Positions 52,106 through 64,000 of a DNA stretch of 64,000 nt are shown here, piece by piece. The notes below the pieces were generated by a model. That model saw nothing but the letters and a program-made list of their open reading frames with translations. It had not been told where the DNA came from and did not search any database. The translations under genes and the position numbers were made by a program. The number at the start of each line of letters is the position of its first letter. The first letter of the stretch is position 1. This DNA is from Octopus sinensis (taxonomy: Eukaryota), in the NCBI RefSeq assembly GCF_006345805.1, contig NC_043013.1, positions 12,772,001 through 12,836,000 of the forward strand, written 5' to 3'.

Positions 52106-52475
52106 AGGCGCAGGAGTGGCTGTGTGGTAAGTAGCTTGCTAACCAACCACACGGTTGCGGGTTCAGTCCCACTGCGTGGCATCTTGGGCAAGTGTCTTCT
52201 GCTATAGCCCCGGGCCGACCAATGCCTTGTGAGTGGATTTGGTAGACGGAAACTGAAAGAAGCCTGTCGTATATATGTATATATATGTATATGTGTGTGT
52301 GTTTGTGTGTCTGTGTTTGTCCCCCTAGCATTGCTTGACAACTGATGCTGGTGTGTTTACGTCCCCGTCACTTAGCGGTTCGGCAAAAAGAGACCGATAG
52401 AATAAGTACTAAAAGGTGGTGCTCCAGCATGGCCGCAGTCAAATGACTGAAACAAGTAAAAGAGTAAAAAGAGAA
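52106..52475 (+). mobile_element. tRNA-derived SINE (family 3, with internal microsatellite)
   Basis: aggcgcaggagtggctgtgtggtaag head, ggttcagtcc, cttgggcaagtgtcttct, tail cagcatggccgcagtcaaatgactgaaacaagtaaaag. Related copies at 62340-62660 (-), 61440-61660 (-), 32750-32960 (+), 23990-24120 (-). Confidence 0.88.
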
Positions 52476-52794
52476 AAAGAGTATACGTAATCCAATACGT
52501 AATCCAATATACGTAATCCAGTATACATTCATGTAGACATCCATCCGTACATCCATCCATTCATCCGTTCATATATACATACATACATATATACATATAT
52601 ACATACATACACACATACATACATATATACATGCATACACACATACATAAACACATGCTTATATACATAGATGCATAAATTTATGGATACATATGCATAT
52701 ATATAAATACATGAATGCATACGTATATATATATATATACATACGTACATGCTTATATACATACAAACATGCATACATACAGACATACATACAT

Positions 52795-53750
52795 AATCTT
52801 TTAACCACCAAATGTCTAAGTGCATCTCTTGACCAGGTTTGCATATATGAGGCTAAGATCATAAGACTTGGAAAGCGGCTCCTTGAGCAGCATTTCTTGT
52901 CTGATAAGCTTAAATACATGTCAAAAAAGCCGCACGACTCTACCACGGTATGTCATCAGATGAAAGGATGAGCGCATATCAGCAGAAGCCCATGCATGTA
53001 TATGTGAGTAGGAAGCACCGAGATAATAGTAACATTTGTCATTAAAGCAGTCTATTATAGACCAACAACCAGATTCCTACTTCCCACCTTGACTTGAAGG
53101 GTAGCCGGTTGCAATCCAGGGATATGAAATATCAACCAAATATACGATGCACAAAAGAAGAGAGATACATAAAAAGCAGTAATATATGACAACCTATACA
53201 GTTGTTCGAAAATGTCGTCACAGTATTAGCTACCGATGAGATATGATGTAGTAGCTAGGACATTGTATATAACGAGTTCCGTCGGAAGCATAAACCCGAG
53301 AACAAAGAAGAACCCACGGTATGGTAGACTCCATATCCACTTATAATAAAAAGGAGTACTGGTAAAATGCTCCACTGGAAACCTCAATAAATTATAAACA
53401 TATTATACCTGGTATAATCATTTGGGATAGAGAAGAGAGACTGTGTATATTTGTGGAAATCAACTCCCCAGCAGATATTAACATAAAGCCGAAGAGAAGC
53501 GAAAGAGAAAATACGCTGAAAAATAAAATACCTACGCAAAATCTGCAGTTACTCTAACCAGATTACAAGTTCATGTTTATACCTGTAATTATTAGGGCAC
53601 TGGAATATGTAACACAATGCTTAATTACCAATCTTGAGTAATTGGACTTCTCAAACTCAGAAAGAAGAAAGCTAATTCGAAGACTACAGATCCAAGCAAT
53701 CAATGGAACTCTAAATATCTTATACAATTTTCCAGAGGCTTATCATTTAA
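52795..53750 (+). mobile_element. R4/Dong-like 3' portion, decayed
   Basis: QVCIYEAKIIRLGKRLLEQH; IQGYEISTKY; IIIWDREERLCIFVEINSPAD; FMFIPVIIRAL; RRLQIQAINGT. Confidence 0.8.
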
Positions 53751-54214
53751 GTATATATGAGTATGTCTAGATATGCAAGTATATGCATTGGAATACATAC
53801 ATAAAACGAAACATACAAATTTGCACATACACAAATATTTGATTTATATTTTTGAAATTCAAATGAAGAAGAATTGGTTCTGGATTAGAAACCGGCTCCT
53901 CTATTGTCAAGAAAGCTTGAAATAAAACTGAATAAAACTGAATTCTGACATACATACATAAATGCTTGCATACATACATAAATAGATATATATGCATACA
54001 CACATGCTTGCATACATACATACATACACAAAAACACAAATCAGTACGTATACATATATACATACACACAAAAATATCCTGTTGTTGATGCTAAAATTAC
54101 AATGAAGGAGCCTTGGATTTTTGTTAGGAAACCGGCCCTTTCTCTTTTGGCAAGAAATCTTGAAATAAAACTGAATAAGGAAATACGTACATTCTCAAAG
54201 GCTACAGAGCTGCA

Positions 54215-54720
54215 GTTTGGCCAGGATAAATGTTGCTACATGGTTGTGAAATGAGGGAAACTGTAAGCAAGACTAGCAAAATCTCCAACACTGACTTAAC
54301 TGTTTCCTCTATATCTGATGAGGGATGTTACAGGCACCAAGGAGTGGAAGAGAACATATCATACAATGACACATGTAACAACAAATCATGTGTCATTAAA
54401 GAATGTTATAGTCGAATAAAGAACATTTGGACCCAGAACTCTGCATTCAGAAAAAAAAACAGTGACTCACAATGTATTTGCTGTGCCAATACTCATACCA
54501 ACATTTAGGCTGGTTGATTGGATGCTCGATGAGATCCGAACTATTGATGTGAAAACCCCAAACATGCTAACCAGCAGACACAAGTTCCACATCAACAGTG
54601 ACGTACAACGCCAATACCTAAAACGAAAACAAGGCAGCAGAGGTTTAATATCAATCCAGACTGCCTTTAAATGTCGTATCCCTTCGGCAACATTATTTAA
54701 GTGCCAAGTGTCGACGTGCA
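54215..54720 (+). mobile_element. R4/Dong-like post-RT segment, decayed
   Basis: HNVFAVPILIPTFRLVDWMLDEIRTIDVKT...FHINSDVQRQYLKRKQGSRGLISIQTAF. Confidence 0.8.
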
Positions 54721-56011
54721 TCCTCTGAGTCATCAAAGGAGTACTTTGATGATACTTTTGAGCAGCTGCTAATCTTACGAACGAAATGTTGCACAGAAAC
54801 ACGGCATAATAAACAATTTCTTGCAGCTTCAATAGATCACTATCTCTTTTGTTTGTTAGGTATTTCATCGCAATTTCATTTTCTTGGATTGCAAACGCAT
54901 AGTCGTTGTATTGTGATGTGTTGTAGTGGTCAAGATTGCAACAGATGTTTCATGTCCATAGGATTGTCTTCCTTCAGACGGCGAGCTGGCAGAATCGTTA
55001 GCACTTCGAGCAAAATGCTTAACGGTATTTCGTCCGTGTCTACGCTCTGAGTAGAAAATCCTCTGATGTCGACTTTACCATTCATGGCTTCATAAAATAA
55101 ATACCAGTTTAGAATGTTTTTTTATTAAGTCTAGCTGGGTTTGTTTCGTTGTTTTTATTAGAGATACCTCCCAATCCAGACAATACGAACACTCTCACTA
55201 CAAATCCCTATAATTAAAATACCGTTAATTATCTTTCTCACTGCTGCTCATCTCAGTCATCCTCGACAAGATCGACAGCGATAAAATGTGCTTTTGGACC
55301 ACATCTTAATAATGTGCTTATGAGTGTATGTGTGTGTGTGTGTGTGTGTGTATGCTTGTATGCATGTATGTGGTTATGAGTGCATGTATTTATGTATGGA
55401 TGTAATTATGTGTCTGTATACATGTACGTCTTTCTTTTTCTCTTTTTAAATTAGAGTAATTTAGGCCTGAACAACTACATTTTTTTCTTTATTGCACTTG
55501 AGCCTAAACAAGGACTGGCAAAGGGTTAGAGTCGATTACATCAACCCCAGTGCGTAACTGGTACTTATTTAATCGACTTATTCCTCCTTCAAGTGTTTTA
55601 TGCTATCCTCCGTCCTCGACCTGACCTTCCATCCCTGATATGGATATTGCTACGAGTTTAATGCTCCTTCAAAATCAAGGAGTGATTGCAAAACAATGAA
55701 CTACTGATGATTATATTGTAGCTGTACTTGCTGCATTATTGTTCAAGCGTTTGTTAATTAACAGAAATGTCACTGGAGTGTCAAGTTTCCGAAAAATTGT
55801 ATTTGTGCATTGCGTCTCTGACAGTTTTATTCTGCAAATTATGCTTGCTGTAATTTTTAATTGATACTTTTTCTACCTTAATTTGAATTATCCTAGTCTT
55901 GAGTAATTGCGATGTAACCAAAGAACACATTGTAATTTAAACTTCTCCAGGAATATTAATTTAAGCAAAAGGATAGATAAAAGCAAAAGTTTGCAATTCA
56001 TTGCACTCCTC

Positions 56012-56106
<95 letters not shown>

Positions 56107-56732
56107 AGAGTAAACAATAGCTTTAATGATTTTTAAAAAAACCAACAATTATTTACTGGTAGATTTTGGCATGTAAATATAACCATTAACGGTGGGAACT
56201 TCTATAAAAGTTCAATATATATTTTGTATATAAATAAAAAAAGGCAGGCAACATGTTGCTCAGCCACATACCGAAAAAATTAGAAATAGCAGTCAAAGAC
56301 TGTTTATTTCTATTTTCTACAAATAAGACTCCACATACGACATTTTTTGTACACACAATTTTTTGCACATGATGAAGGGTTTGCCAATTGTTGATGTAGC
56401 TCCCAAAAAATATATTTGAGCTTCATGTTACCCATATATTCATTAGTGAAATATTTCAGTATGTTGGGACTGATAAAGTAGCATGAAGTATCATGAAAGC
56501 CTAACTACTCTGTGCCTTCTGCGTGCTGAAAGCAGCCCTCTAAAATGGCATGGCATTGCTTCTCAATATTTATAATACTGCCACCTGGCGTGTGTGTTTG
56601 TGTGTGTGGTTGGCGCATCTGTACAATGCTGTCGTGTTTGGCACCGATTTTGGAATACTGTTAAATAAATAATTCAAGTATTTTAAATGTAGTATGCGAA
56701 CAAATTGTTTTTTGTCACAATTCACAACATCG

Positions 56733-56805
<73 letters not shown>

Positions 56806-57173
56806 AATTTGTATCATAAACCGTGAATCCTCGAAATTTTTCTGAATATATCGCTTTTCCATTTGTAAATTATTTTCAAACTTTAATAAAGAACGTATGT
56901 ATCATACTGTCCTGTTTTAAACATTGAAACGAAAATATATAAAAGGAATTTCGAAAAAACTTCAAAAGTAAAGACATTGTTGGGGTTGGGTTAGCAAATA
57001 AATAAAACTATTTTTCCGTGGTTTCTTAATCAGTCTCTTTGCAATTAATATCGGAATAGACTATCCAAAACTACCCAGAAAAACAATTAGTTATAGATTT
57101 TTAAATGGAATTCTTTGATTAAAACACCAGCAAGTAGGAGTTACTTTATTTCTGCAAAAATATGGGGAATGAT

Positions 57174-57451
57174 TACGGAGATGTACTTGCATAGCGAGTG
57201 ACTTGATCTGAGATCGTGTGCTGGAACGAAAACAATTGCAGCGTGGAAGTTGTTTATAAGCCATTTAAGAAACACACAAAACCGTTAGATTCACTTCAAC
57301 ATTTAAATTTAATTTGTCAAAATATTTTCATCGCTTTGAGACCGCGACCTGTTCCCTAACGAAGCTTCGTTGCTAAAGCGACGAAAACATTTTGACAAAT
57401 TAAATATAAATGTTGAAGTGAATCTAACGGTTTTGTGTGTTTCTTAAATGG
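57174..57451. mobile_element. Penelope-derived short element with ~77-bp inverted arms and apparent TSD
   Basis: ccatttaagaaacacacaaaaccgttagattcacttcaac... vs its reverse complement ending at 57451; direct repeat atggggaatgat at 57162-57173 and 57448-57459; decayed hammerhead at 57316-57360 (-). Confidence 0.75.
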
Positions 57452-57773
57452 GGAATGATCACGATTTTAAAAACCTTTGATAAGGGATCAGAGCGATCAG
57501 TTACAGCTTGACGATAAACAACAAAGTCATTAAATATGATAAAACAGATTCCACTGCCAACATTTGAAGCAGTCATTCTAGATTACATGTGAGAGACGCA
57601 ACACATTCTCACATTTATAAAGTCAAACAGAATATCTTCTCAATAACAATCAGTCAACATAATATTGCAACATAAATCCGACAAATAAAGTACACGAAAC
57701 GTATTGAACGGTGACGTAGACCATACTAAATTAACAAATTCGGTAAAATGGGCTTTTGTATACATATATGCAC

Positions 57774-57819
<46 letters not shown>

Positions 57820-57886
57820 ATATATATATGTCTGTATGTATGTATGTATGTATGTATGTATGTATGTATGTATGTATGTATGTATG

Positions 57887-57920
<34 letters not shown>

Positions 57921-58034
57921 TAGACAGATAGATAGATAGATGGATAGATATGAAAACATACACATACGTGCACAAATGTACATACAAATATATTTGTTTA
58001 TAGCTATCCGTCAATGTTAACGACGACATTGTCC

Positions 58035-61000
58035 TCTAGGAGTCTTATCCTACATTTTGTGAGTTGACCGATGTGAAAACAATTTGATCCTGGAATGGCA
58101 TGTCCTTGAACGCAGATGACAAGGGAAGCTGCTCATTATGTTGATGGGGAGTCTGAAATGACGTTGAAGTCTCTTTTCCTCAAGCCTCTCACGTCGGATT
58201 AGTTCAAAGTGTGAAGCTCCTTCGTCGCCGAGGGAACGCCAGATTTGCCGGTTGTGAGCAAAGTATTCAAGTTGTGCCGGTTGAATATTGCGGGAGTTAA
58301 GGACAAGCTAAAGATGATCCCGGAATCTCATTTTCGGAGGCGTCCAAAGGAGGAGGAGGTGATCCGTCGTAGAACGTCATCGACGATATGTCCATTCTGT
58401 GATATGTCCATTTTACCTAGGTTAAAAAAGTCAACGTTTGACAGAAGTGTGTCGTTTATATATAGTTATGTTGCATAGTTATGTTTTTTTTTATTAAATA
58501 CGTTTGCATGATCTCGTTGTGTTTTTTATGTTGATGTTAAGACCCAGACGAATATAGGTTTCATCCATGGCACTTAAGAATCGCTGGAGTGAGGCTGTTT
58601 TCTGAGCAGTGGCAGCGGTAACATTTGCATACCGGAGCTCAAATATCTGTTGATGCTAGAGTTTTCGCTTTGAGCCGGTGGGTCTTGAAATTACTGCCAT
58701 CATAGCGATAACGGGTTCTTATGCTATCGTCGGTACTCTGTTGGACCTAGGAGAGGAGAGTTACAGCTATGTAGATGCTGAACAAAACAGGAGTGAGAAC
58801 GCAACCCTGTTTGACTCCCGGTTTAACTCTGAATTGTTCTGAAGACGCTCCACCAAGACAGACTCTGGTTAGCATTCCGTTGTGGAATTTGCGGATAAAA
58901 GTTAAAGCAGTTGGAGGATAGCCAAAGTTTTCATAAAATGTCACAATCAACGGTGTCAAAAGCATTCGTCATATCGAAGAAACCAAAATTCATTTTTGTT
59001 GTTCTCTGCATTTTTCGAGAAGTAAACGTGCACCAAATATCAAATCAATTGTGCTCATGTAAACCACATTGAGATTCAGAGATGGTGCGGTCCGACACGA
59101 AGATAAGAAGATGGCGGGGAATAATGCGTGCAAGAATGTTGCAAGACACATCCAGAGGCTTCTGCTGTTACTGCAGTCGGATCGATTGCCTTTTCTTTTG
59201 TAAATGCAAATAATGTTGGTATTTATTTTTGTTTGTTTGTTTTTCCAACAGAGAACTAGGAAAGAGTGAAGATATGATGCAAGTTGCGGTCCGCCGTATT
59301 TCCAAACCTCTCCAGGGATACCGTCTTCGTCAGGAGACTTCTTATTCTTTTGGGAGTGCAGTACCTTCTAGACTTCGTCTTGACTGAGTTCAGCTGCTAT
59401 TTCTTCGATGATTTGACGTTTTGGAAGCTCATCTAAAATCGATGTATCTGTCCATCGTTAAGGTTCTTATTGTTTTCTTTAATTAGAGTAGAGCCGTCAG
59501 CGATACAGATAGGTGCAATCAGGCAATGCGAAGGACCGAAGTTGTCTTTGAACGAGTCGTAGAGTTCATAAGTTTTCTTTTCTTCAGTGAATTGTTGGAT
59601 CTTTTCGGAGTTGCAGAGCCACCAACCATTCTGTGGGGCCTCAGCCCTAAGGTTATGCTAGTTTGGGACTAAGAAACGAAGATTTGAGAGGTGGGCGCTA
59701 TGAGCACGGTTTTTCGCCTGCAAAAGGGGTTGGATAATGTCTGCATTATCCACATGCATTCATGTGGGATTTTCCAATAGTGGGTTCAGAATGGATGTGT
59801 CGAATGATGGAGAGCGCAGAGTTCCAGAGTAAGTTGAGTTCATTCTGATACTGTTCGACCTCGATTACTTCCCTATGTTATTTTCCATATTGCGAGGGAG
59901 TTCTTGTAGAACTGGTAGAACTAGAACAACTGGGCAGACAGTAGCGACGTTTTTTGTTTTTGGAGCTTAGCTTGTTTTGTTGTGCTGGAAAGACGGGCCA
60001 CATTGAGTTTTGGAAACACTTTAGCTTTTTCTGGCCGGAGGGCAGATTTGAAGACATAGGTGCGCGCATCATATGGGGATCGGCCTAACATTCTGCACCG
60101 CGCTTGTATTTGATGTAGAAGGTATCGTTCTGATCATTTTAACGAACACTCACGTAATTGAGGAGATGCCATATCATGGAGCGAAGGTGTATCCTTCTCC
60201 AAGCTGAGTGTAGAGACTGGTAGGAGGCGTCTTTAGTTTCTTCATTAATACCTAACGTCGGGGCATATACACTGAAGATAGTGGCATGTACTTTGTTACT
60301 GAGGAGAATTCGAAAGGTCATCTGCCGTTCAATTATATCGGTTGAAATCGAAGAGATGTTCTCCAGTAATGACCAACGGATAGCAAATCCTACACTATGA
60401 ATTCTATTTTTGATTTGAAAAAGTCCTTTCCAGAAGTATGTGTATCTTTCATCAACTTCAGTGAGAGATCCGTCATCAGAGAATTTTGTTATGCTGAGTG
60501 CATATCCACATTGCACCCTTTCAGTTAAAAGGCGATGAGCGCGGTCCTAAGGTTGGGTCGATCGTGGTCATCACGGTCAATCAAAGTTCGTATGTTCCAT
60601 GTAACGAAAAATGAGAGATTGTGATGGTTTTCTTATTAATCTTCGACCGCAGTATGGAGATGGCTTGCCAGGTGTGGTATTCTAGCTAGGTAAAAAGGAC
60701 TGACATCTTTTAGACTACATTTCCTAAGCCTCTCCTCAACTGAGGCACTGAGAGTCTTCAAAAGATCCTCCTGGTCACACAGATAGGACACAAATCGGTG
60801 TGCAGTCCCAGAGTCACATCGAGACCACCGTCTTGCCTGAACCACCAAGAAGGTGGGATAAGAGGTGTATAGGGTGATGGGACGGGCAGTTAGTCCCATT
60901 CGCACGCACCTGACTCTTGTCCAGCAGTACTTCGGTGACAAGAGAAATGTCCAAGACGACCAAAAGCTGTCAAGAAATTGCAGCTAGTTGCCGGAATCCA

Positions 61001-61290
61001 GGTTGCTACTCACTTGGGCAAGGTTTTAGGTTGGAGTTTCCATCTCGTAGAAAGATTGCCCCTCAAGGCTAATGAGCTCCATCTGCTCGCGAACAGAGCT
61101 ATTTCTGAATGCTCTTTCACCATCTCACAGAAAGGATATCTACGCCCACATCCACCGAGAACACAGTTGACCTTCAGTCGTAACCCTTACCATGAAGAAG
61201 CGTTATACCCCGTAATACAGGGCCCTTGCCTGAACTTGGCTGCTACTTTTACAGTACCTGCACCGCGACATGGAAGCGCTAGGTAAGAAT
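58035..61290 (-). mobile_element. Old decayed RTE/BovB-like LINE
   Basis: GSLTEVDERYTYFWKG...SVGFAIR...ATIFSVYAPTL; GVKQGCVLTPVLFSIY; many stops and indels. Confidence 0.85.
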
Positions 61291-62339
61291 TACCGCCGTA
61301 TAAATTAGGGAAGATGACCCGAACTACCATCAACAAGGACCTTAGCTATCAGTAGCCAGGTCTCTATCAGAAGCCGGGAATCATAAATATGTACAAATAT
61401 AAAACATAAAATATGCTTTATATATGTATAAAGATAAAAATAGAATGAAAAAAATACACATTCTTTTATTCTTTTACTTGTTTCAGTCATTTAACTGCGG
61501 CCATACTGGTGCACCGCCTTTAGTCGAACAAATCGACCCCAGGAATTATTCTTTGTAAGCCTGGTGCTTATTCTATCAGTCTTTTTTGCCAAACCGGTAG
61601 ATTACGGGGAAGTAAACGTACCAACATCGGTTGTCAAGCAATGGTGTGGGACAAACACACAAATAAAATAAGTACGTGTAGATATATATATATGTAAGTT
61701 CGTAGTCCACCTCAACACGTGGGTATGTGGGTATTTGGTTAGAGCAGTATGGAAGTTACAAAACTGTCCCGAAGTGGATGGAATATATTCAAATATATTA
61801 AAGGATAAAATCGTTAAAACCTTTCAGTGGCCAGCATATAAAATAGAAATTTTAGATAAATTCTTATATATTTGATGCGAATATATTTGTGGTATTTGCA
61901 TGTAATCGCAACTTTGCCTTTGCTTCTCTGTGAGTATGCATAAATGTCTCACTTATTTCGCTCAGTATGCTTTTCTAATAGAGGAAGCCTTATCAAACTA
62001 ATCCAGAAAACGCAGTTTTGCAAAAGTTGTTTCATTTCGATTTCAAAATTTTTATTGAAATTCTCATAAATATTCGCCGATTCATACCCTGCCCTATTTT
62101 AAACATACCTCGATATTGCTGAGTACAAACGACTTGTATGAACGAAAAATGCAGCAACAATACCACTAACAATAAAGTTTAGGTTGAATCTATCTTCCTA
62201 GGTATACATATATACTTGCCGTGCTCCCTATCTACCTATATACATACACACATGCATGTGCATATATACACACACACATGCATACATGCATACATACATA
62301 TTACATGCATTCATACATACATAAATACACACCTACATA

Positions 62340-62462
62340 CATATTCTATCGGGGTCTTTTGCCGAACCGCTAAGTTACGGGGACGTAAACACACCAGCAT
62401 CGGTTGTCAAGCGATGTTGGGGGGACAAACACAGACACGCAAACATATACACAAACACATAC

Positions 62463-62501
<39 letters not shown>

Positions 62502-62660
62502 CGTCAGGCTTCTTTCAGTTTCCGTCTACCAAATCTACTCACAAGGCATTGGTCGGCCCGAGGCTATGGAAGACACTTGCCCAAGGCGCCACACAATGGG
62601 ACTGAACCCGGAACCATGTGGTTCGTAAGAAAGCTACTTACCACACAGCCACTCCTACGC
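62340..62660 (-). mobile_element. SINE family 3 copy
   Basis: Reverse complement of most of 52106-52400. Confidence 0.85.
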
Positions 62661-64000
62661 CTATTTTGTTTAATTTTTATTCAGTTTTCCAGTTCAGTCT
62701 TTCTCATCTTTCATTCTTTCTTTTTATAATTACAATATTGTCGTTTTCTCTCTTACATTTTTCTTTCTTTCTTCGTCTCCTTTTATCTTTCTCTGATCAT
62801 ATCTTTTTCATCCTTCCCTCTCAAAATTCTTATAAAATCTCGCGCCATCTGCCCAACTCAACATATTAGGCGTATATAACGTAATGCAGTAAGATGTTCC
62901 CTGATGATCCGTTGTTGTTAAGAATCCATTCCACTTGAAACATCCAATGCAGTGTCGCAAAGAACTAGAATAGTGAAACGTAGTTGGAACGAATAATCTA
63001 ACCGTGTGTTTATCGGAATTTGCCATGCATATATATGCGTGTGTGTGTGTTCGTGCAGGCGTAAATGTATTCGTAAATATAGACATACAGACTTAACATC
63101 GATAATTATTATTGATATTGCTCAAAAATACATTTTATCGCTGTCGAGCCTGTTGAAGGTGAGAGATGAGTAACAAGAAAAGATAATTAACAGAATTATA
63201 ATTGTTGGAAGCTGTAATGACAGGGTATACAATGTTTTGATTAGCAGATATTTCTAATTAAATGACAGTCTCCGCCACATCATAATTCGAAGGCAAAGCA
63301 TTTGAAATCCCAAAACGAGAGATTGATAGGAAATAATTAATAAGCGAAAGATACAGTGAAGCCCTAGCAGTCTGAAAACATTTTAGGTGTTACTGATTGC
63401 ATGGGACATATTTTCAGTTAAATTTAGAAACTTTTCTTTACAACCTTGATAATATGTAGCTGCCCGGTCAATATTGAAAAGAGAAAGCAAACCACATACA
63501 TACACACATGTGCATACATAGTTACATAGATATATACATACAAACATACACACATAAATACCTACGTACATATACATACATACGTACATATACATACATA
63601 CATACATACATACATACATACATGTATGCATGCATGCATATATAATTAAACTGCCATGGTTGCTAGCTGTAAAGTGAAACAACGAAGGAATGTATCATAA
63701 AAGGTTTTGAGAGGTAAATATATGAATCAGACACACAAACACTCACATACACGCGCACACAAACACACAAACACTCACATACACAAACACACACACACAC
63801 AAACACACACACACGCACACACACTGACGCTCATACACAGAAGTATACAACGACATTCAATGTCCTTAATGTCACTCGTAAGTCATGTACCATGCAGTTT
63901 TGATATAGATCTTTGTATTCCATTTGAAATTCGTGTTCATATTCTCATAAATAATCGATGAATCATGCTCTGCTCTATTTTAAACAAACCTACACGTTGT

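Noticed and set aside
40652-52520. Short direct repeats (90-bp pair at 40652, 13-bp x3 at ~52490) as CRISPR-like arrays
   Set aside because: Contiguous tandem copies without unique spacers, in a eukaryotic context with no cas genes.
55630-56370. Hydrophobic near-open frames (55630-55860 +; 56186-56368 -) as receptor pseudogene fragments
   Set aside because: No recognisable motif or splice support; AT-rich sequence readily yields hydrophobic translations.

Overview
AT-rich, microsatellite-dense animal genomic DNA. The SINE and LINE families resemble those of Octopus (inference from recalled repeat families, no search run). No intact long host CDS, rRNA, true tRNA gene or CRISPR array was found. 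Main content: (i) an ~8.8 kb tandem segmental duplication (1-7615 vs 8794-16502) punctuated by a mariner, plus an older partial third paralog (~25.3-26.2 kb); all three carry a short minus-strand candidate exon that is more diverged than its flanking introns; (ii) three young retroelements: a Penelope-like element (RT + GIY-YIG) in ~380-bp inverted repeats, a near full-length RTE/BovB-like LINE and a full-length CR1-like LINE; (iii) many decayed R4/Dong, Tx1, HERO, RTE, CR1 and Penelope fragments and tRNA-derived SINEs; (iv) several minimal hammerhead ribozyme motifs in which the core 3-8 pair occurs as C-G, U-A and G-C; (v) an unassigned structured motif that recurs in three different contexts. 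Boundaries of decayed elements are approximate, and identity figures are hand counts.
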